Positions 59,901-64,000 of a stretch of 64,000 nucleotides of DNA are shown piece after piece. Origin of the DNA: a virus; the IMG/VR virus record IMGVR_UViG_3300042485_001470, positions 1 to 64,000 of that record; one strand, written 5' to 3'. How positions within the stretch are numbered: the stretch's first letter is position 1; each line of letters begins with the position of its first letter. The notes beneath the pieces are model-generated. The model saw nothing but the letters and a program-made list of their open reading frames with translations, made no database searches and was not told where the DNA came from. The translations under genes were made by a program, and so were the position numbers.

Positions 59901-62900
59901 CGCCGCCACTTCCTAAGAAGAAAGCAGGAGCTGTACCTCCTCCACCGCCACCTCCGCCACCTCCACCGCTTCCTAAAAAAGCAGGAGATAAAAGTGGTTG
60001 GGATGGATATGAAGAACCTGAATGGATAAAAAATGCTCCAAAAGGTTGGGATGATGATGCGGTTAAAAATAAGAGTGCTTGGGGTGATGAACCAATGCAA
60101 GAACCTGATTGGATGAAAGGTGGTTCTTCGTGGGATAAAAAGCCAATGCCTAAAGGTGAAACTCCACCTCCTGGTACTAAAAAAGCTGGAGCAATTCCAC
60201 CACCGCCTCCACCGCCTCCACCGGGAGCTAAGAGTGCAAATAATAACGAAAATATACCACCAACCGATAAACAAGCAAATGAACAAATAGCTCAAGAAAG
60301 AAAAGGTTTAACTCATGAGGAAAATCAAGTTTATGAATTCTTAGAAGGAATGCCTGAAGAGCAAAGGGCAGAGGCAATTCAAAAAGCATTGGATGATAGA
60401 AGTTTGTTGCAAAAAGGATTGCAAGATACAATGGTAGGCGGTTGGTTTAAGAAGAAAGGGAAAATGTTGTCTAATGTATATGATGGAATAAAGCAATGGT
60501 ATAAAACAGGTAAAGTTGGTACTACTAAAGATTGTAGTGGTGCACCAGCTGGACCTCATGCAAATAAGAATGAAAATATAAAAGAAGATTCACAAAATAG
60601 ACAAGACTATTTAGCATCTTTAGATAAGACGGGTAAAAAGAAAAAGAAAGCTGATGATAGTGATTGTATGGATGTGCATGTTGAGGACTATCAAAAAAGA
60701 GATAAAGATGGTAACTTAATGTACAAAAAAGAACCTGTATATGAAAGTGGAGAAAAACCAGACCCAAAAAACTTTGGACCAGATGGTGCATATTTCGGTG
60801 GGTTGGGAACTGGATACATAGGTCCTAGAAAAACTGGAACTGAATATGGTAATGCTTCTAAAGAAGATGCATTTAAAGCAAGTGAATTAGATTCTAAAAC
60901 AGGATACTTTAAGAGAGATGGAAAATACTATGGTGTAGATGGTGAGGAAGTAAATGCGAAAGGACAAAAATTAGATGCAGAGGGTAATACAACACAAAAG
61001 ACAGAAAGATGTTTCTTTTGTTTTCCTCCGGGAAAAAAGGTCCCAGTTACGCAAAAAGTTGCTGATTTGGAAGATGGTTTAACCGCTGAACAAAAACATG
61101 CAGCTCATCATTCGGAACATGCTCAACATGAAAGAAAGCATGCGATGTGGCATTTAGGAATAGAAGCTTCATTGATAGTTGGTGGTGCATTAGCTGGCCC
61201 TATGATATTAGCTAAGATGGGAGTCGGTGGAGCAGCTGCTGGAGCTGGTTCGCATGGTGTAGCACAAGCAACTTCACAAGCCGCAACAGCCGCAGCTGAA
61301 CATCACGGAGCATCTGCATTTGCAGCACACGTTTTAAAAGATTTTGGAAAGCATGCATTAGCAGAAACATTAGGAGTAACGAACCCTTATGCAGCAGCAG
61401 GGAGTGGGTTGGCAGCAAGTGCAGTTACTGGTGGTGTATTAGAATCATTTTGGAAAGATGTAGAAAAGTATAATTTATTATCGGAAGATATTGATGGAGA
61501 AATGGATGAGAATAAAGGTAAAGATTTCTTAGAAAAAATTATGGTATTGATGATGGAGAAAATGAAAACTTACAAAATGACTCCTCAGCAAAAGTTGGAA
61601 AGTATAAGAAAGTATAAATTTGAAAAAGCTGAAAACGAAAAGAAAAAACAAAAACAAGATAAATTAAAAGATTTGGCTAATTTACTAAAAGAAAAAACAG
61701 CAAAGTCAAAACAAAATTCTATAAATCATTTTGTTGAATTTGCAGCTAAACGATTAAATTTAAAAGAAACTCCAAAAATTAATTTAATGAGTGGAAATGA
61801 ATTTAAAAATGAATTGGCAGCTTTGGGTGGGTATGACCCTTCTTCAAAAGAAATATTTGTTGCAACCGAAGGAAGATTGACAGCTGATATTTTAAGAACT
61901 ATTGCACATGAAATGGTACATAGAAAGCAAGAAGAAAAAGGATTCCTTAAGAACATTGATAAAGATGGTTCAGCTGGGTCTAAAATAGAAAATCAAGCCA
62001 ATTCAATTGCTGGAATTTTGATGAGAGAATATGGTAAGATAAACAAACAAATCTATAACGAAAATACAAAAAAACAATTAGAATTAGTAAGTAATTTATT
62101 ATTAGAGAAGGTTAATCGTTTTATTGATGAGGCTAAACCAAAGAAAGATGATCCTGATGTAAAATATATAGATGGAAAAGGAAAAGAACATACAATCAAA
62201 TTTTCATCAGCAATTAAGTATGATGAAAAACATCCTGCTTATATAGCAGCTATGAAATTAAAAGATACTGGAGATAACTCAAATGATACCCAAACTGTTC
62301 AAGGTGCAGGATTGTTTGATGACCCAGAATATCAAAAAAGAATGGGAGCTGAAGTACCACCAACACAAACAACACCAACTGATTCAGAAGAAAATCCGGA
62401 AGGATTGTATGACCCTAATGATAAATTACAATCGGCAGTTGTTGATGCAAAAAATCCAAAAGAATTATTTTCCGCATTAGATGAATTAGGTAAAGATGAG
62501 GAAGATATAATGTTGGATAAGGTTAAAGCTGGGGCAGGTGGTCCTGTTGCATCAACTGGTGAAACTCTTTGTACTGAAGCTCAAACTAATATGATACAAG
62601 GTAGATATAATCCGAAGGAAGTTAGGAGTTCTACGGAATATAAAGCCGAATTGGCAAGTGTTAGAAATGTAATGAGTGGTACTGATAAGAGAGCAAAAAC
62701 TGCTCTTACTAAGGAATTGGATAATATTTGTGACAAAATGGGGTATTATAAAGAAGATGGTAACCCTGATTATGAATTAGCAATGGCTATGAAAGCCGAA
62801 GCAGATTTGTATATTAAACAAAATTTACCAGCTTTCAAAAAAACAAATGTAGCAAAAACTAAATTTAAAAAAGAAGAAGATATGGTAAGTTGGATGAAAG

Positions 62901-64000
62901 CATCATTCTATTCATCATATTCTTTAATAAATAATGGACCTGCTGATTGGGATAGAAAAAAGGGTAATGGTAGAGTAATGAAAGCTAATCCAAGAACACA
63001 AGGAGCTACAAAGCAAGTTTTATTAGATGGTTTAAAAAACGCAAAAACTCCTGAAGAAAAGGCTCATTATGAAAATCAATTAAAAGTTTGGAGTAAATTT
63101 AAAGGTTATCACGATACGTTTTTGGTTTACAAAAATGATAAAGGATTGGTTTCAGTATTTCATATATCAAATAAAAAAAGTGATGAGTTAGATGACCCTC
63201 AAAATAATACAACTCCTGAAACTAGACTTGCTAACTATATGGCAGCAGCTAGAGAAGCTAATTTAAGTCCTAAAGCAGCTAAAGCGGTAGCTAACGCACA
63301 ATCAGTAGCTATGGCAGGTTCTGCTGATAATGATAATATTGCAAAGGGTGCTTGGAATGAAGTAGAAGATGTAAACTTAATAACATCATTAGCCGGTAGA
63401 TTACCTGCTAGAGGTCAAACTGATGTTAAAGATGAATATTATACTGATTTGAAAGGTGATAAATTAGTTAAAGATTGGTATAAAAAGAAATATGGTAAAG
63501 ATAAGTGGGAAGCAAAATGGAAGGCAGCAAAACCAAATGAAGTAATTGGAGTAGTGATGCAAATTGCAGAAGCACAAGATGATATTTCAAAACTATCAGG
63601 AAACTTTACTAAATTTATGTTAAAGCAAGGTCAATTAGCACAAAGTGTATTTGCAAAAGCTCAATCTGGTATGAATGCAAAACAAATTTCTCAAAGCTTT
63701 AACGGAATATATTCACCAAAAGAAATACAAGCTATTCTTGATAGTGAAACAATGAAAATGTTAGCTGATAAAAAAGCACAACATGCTGCTGGTTTAGAAG
63801 GTGTACATAAAGGATTTATTACATCACTACATAAAGCAGATGGTACAAAGCCTGGTCATAGTGGTAAAAACGGACCTGCTGTTGAAACCTACGTTGCTGG
63901 TACGTTAAAAGCATTACATATTGATACCTACGTTACTAACTTTGATGAAAATATTGAGATTGAAATGGGTGGAGTTGGATGTAAACCTATTGATGTTAGG
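56939..64000 (+). CDS. Giant multi-domain (polyvalent-type) protein, >=2354 aa, 3' truncated; absent from the ORF track
   Basis: ATG overlaps the nuclease stop (TAATG); manual translation finds no stop to window end; ParB-like DGHHRW (58277), TraB/TIKI-like GTKH...RD...GESH, polyproline, HEMVH (61907). Confidence 0.88.
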   Translation, partial: MNMNLSELINEILSEWAYRVENGMPDPKNPTHLKELGIVLSEMGLSHIKDTLVENLLVETGKTPQKVVEAEKGNFTNPALNKSIKYKNDKGEDKEGLVGNLLRLPKEHPGRKAAEATLPADGTPERDSINKDLGGEGQPKKPEDGKGKEGGESGGGEDEKMKQAAAMFDPKVDPAMAARMNKEKEVQAQLAKDAEAQNEPPPTPKNQTTNKQLAKAAGFDNVGSWYNDLNKKAMSDDPEVASKAEKDLDTYEKNKVKDAQSTDDFNPIDSKDVAKEMPQADPETFGGDSDIPDGIEPEQLQKFNTDISKVAQQVADAKAKGEPAPNINLCDVTVPGTNLYCDDNLGIPRDQMPQFKGTAQPGSRAAGMDVDASGEVDTEPVFKEMLKEKGIKTLQTEIPADKLKATQQDLVGAKVVGMMGVLKDPNHPAFEKITAPIYVSRDGHVIDGHHRWAAIVAHNAANPDNQIPMKTTVLDMDIKDAIPMANKFAEDMGIAAKKADANKEAPTEQPSEPAKREPANNDPESKAQQFKGKSSGENIQTMEMEGGGFVYGTKHGNTAMVDDILDDVKSKIPKERWKDVVFVGEGGATGDSGEVEFNDEMDYAAPKFKEMGAGVDTWDGDDMDVHNDQSKLYQKQKEKTGFNDSQVKAGNWASMIGQGEGTDTMSPNDYLDDEGKQFLSDAAKEAGFPPIENWNEPTEQDKDTLYRLSFPEDNGDKPTKINDIQVAFNDARDENLIEKNKELTAQGKIPITIAGESHVDLVDKMTRKQKGASSEKLPEPEAPSEEDGGVVYSVGGGYYSDKPDGPAQYVATENVIQKVLIEGDINFSYLLFEAAVTKKTSKGKVVKLRTIKPKDQNKATAAAAAAKPQPPAKIVPPGVKQKPPVIAPPEVKPKSQAPAKIVPPGVKPKASVPPPPPPPPPPLPKKKAGAVPPPPPPPPPTVKKAGAVPPPPPPLPTKKAGAVPPPPPPPPPTAKKAGAVPPPPPPPPPPLPKKKAGAVPPPPPPPPPPPLPKKAGDKSGWDGYEEPEWIKNAPKGWDDDAVKNKSAWGDEPMQEPDWMKGGSSWDKKPMPKGETPPPGTKKAGAIPPPPPPPPPGAKSANNNENIPPTDKQANEQIAQERKGLTHEENQVYEFLEGMPEEQRAEAIQKALDDRSLLQKGLQDTMVGGWFKKKGKMLSNVYDGIKQWYKTGKVGTTKDCSGAPAGPHANKNENIKEDSQNRQDYLASLDKTGKKKKKADDSDCMDVHVEDYQKRDKDGNLMYKKEPVYESGEKPDPKNFGPDGAYFGGLGTGYIGPRKTGTEYGNASKEDAFKASELDSKTGYFKRDGKYYGVDGEEVNAKGQKLDAEGNTTQKTERCFFCFPPGKKVPVTQKVADLEDGLTAEQKHAAHHSEHAQHERKHAMWHLGIEASLIVGGALAGPMILAKMGVGGAAAGAGSHGVAQATSQAATAAAEHHGASAFAAHVLKDFGKHALAETLGVTNPYAAAGSGLAASAVTGGVLESFWKDVEKYNLLSEDIDGEMDENKGKDFLEKIMVLMMEKMKTYKMTPQQKLESIRKYKFEKAENEKKKQKQDKLKDLANLLKEKTAKSKQNSINHFVEFAAKRLNLKETPKINLMSGNEFKNELAALGGYDPSSKEIFVATEGRLTADILRTIAHEMVHRKQEEKGFLKNIDKDGSAGSKIENQANSIAGILMREYGKINKQIYNENTKKQLELVSNLLLEKVNRFIDEAKPKKDDPDVKYIDGKGKEHTIKFSSAIKYDEKHPAYIAAMKLKDTGDNSNDTQTVQGAGLFDDPEYQKRMGAEVPPTQTTPTDSEENPEGLYDPNDKLQSAVVDAKNPKELFSALDELGKDEEDIMLDKVKAGAGGPVASTGETLCTEAQTNMIQGRYNPKEVRSSTEYKAELASVRNVMSGTDKRAKTALTKELDNICDKMGYYKEDGNPDYELAMAMKAEADLYIKQNLPAFKKTNVAKTKFKKEEDMVSWMKASFYSSYSLINNGPADWDRKKGNGRVMKANPRTQGATKQVLLDGLKNAKTPEEKAHYENQLKVWSKFKGYHDTFLVYKNDKGLVSVFHISNKKSDELDDPQNNTTPETRLANYMAAAREANLSPKAAKAVANAQSVAMAGSADNDNIAKGAWNEVEDVNLITSLAGRLPARGQTDVKDEYYTDLKGDKLVKDWYKKKYGKDKWEAKWKAAKPNEVIGVVMQIAEAQDDISKLSGNFTKFMLKQGQLAQSVFAKAQSGMNAKQISQSFNGIYSPKEIQAILDSETMKMLADKKAQHAAGLEGVHKGFITSLHKADGTKPGHSGKNGPAVETYVAGTLKALHIDTYVTNFDENIEIEMGGVGCKPIDVR
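59675..60223 (+). repeat. Seven polyproline tracts (P10,P9,P6,P9,P10,P11,P9) mostly joined by KKAGA(V/I) linkers
   Basis: Manual translation of the ccn-rich region. Confidence 0.9.

Larger units (their letters stand above)
1..64000 (+). mobile_element. Segment of a large myovirus-type (T4-like morphogenesis module) bacteriophage genome, probable Bacteroidota host
   Basis: Co-oriented capsid, neck, sheath, tube, tape measure and baseplate genes; no host housekeeping operons; Bacteroidota-type promoters at 54530 and 54980. Confidence 0.93.

Noticed and set aside
57051-62480. Many short ORFs on both strands, including the Arg/Trp-rich 59669..60295
   Set aside because: All lie within the continuous + strand frame starting at 56939
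1-64000. Stop-codon reassignment as in some large phages
   Set aside because: Genes are full length and densely packed in the standard code; TAG (727, 41880) and TGA (45823) act as stops

Overview
This AT-rich window is a contiguous segment of a large T4-like (contractile-tailed, probably jumbo) bacteriophage genome, with all credible genes on the + strand in the standard code. It runs from the 3' end of the major capsid gene through the neck and tail-completion genes, three giant virion fibre proteins (4184, 3759 and 2770 aa) with their accessory genes, then sheath, tube, tail chaperones, tape measure and baseplate genes. A complete phage tmRNA, a short divergent family A polymerase, a secreted non-specific nuclease and a >=2354-aa multi-domain ORF missed by the ORF track follow. 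A Bacteroidota host is inferred from two TTTG-N20-TAnnTTTG promoters, A-rich start regions lacking a clear SD and a signal peptide with Gln at +1. The most striking observations: (1) the 4184-aa protein carries 22 tandem repeats with an invariant C-x-R-D core resembling the bilin-attachment helix of phycocyanin; (2) the neighbouring fibre carries two cupredoxin-like domains with a full type-1 copper ligand set; (3) the uncalled giant ORF looks like a head-packaged polyprotein of effector domains; (4) the tmRNA has a 24-codon tag; (5) there is a candidate +1/-2 tail-chaperone frameshift. All assignments are by-eye motif recognition; no searches were run.
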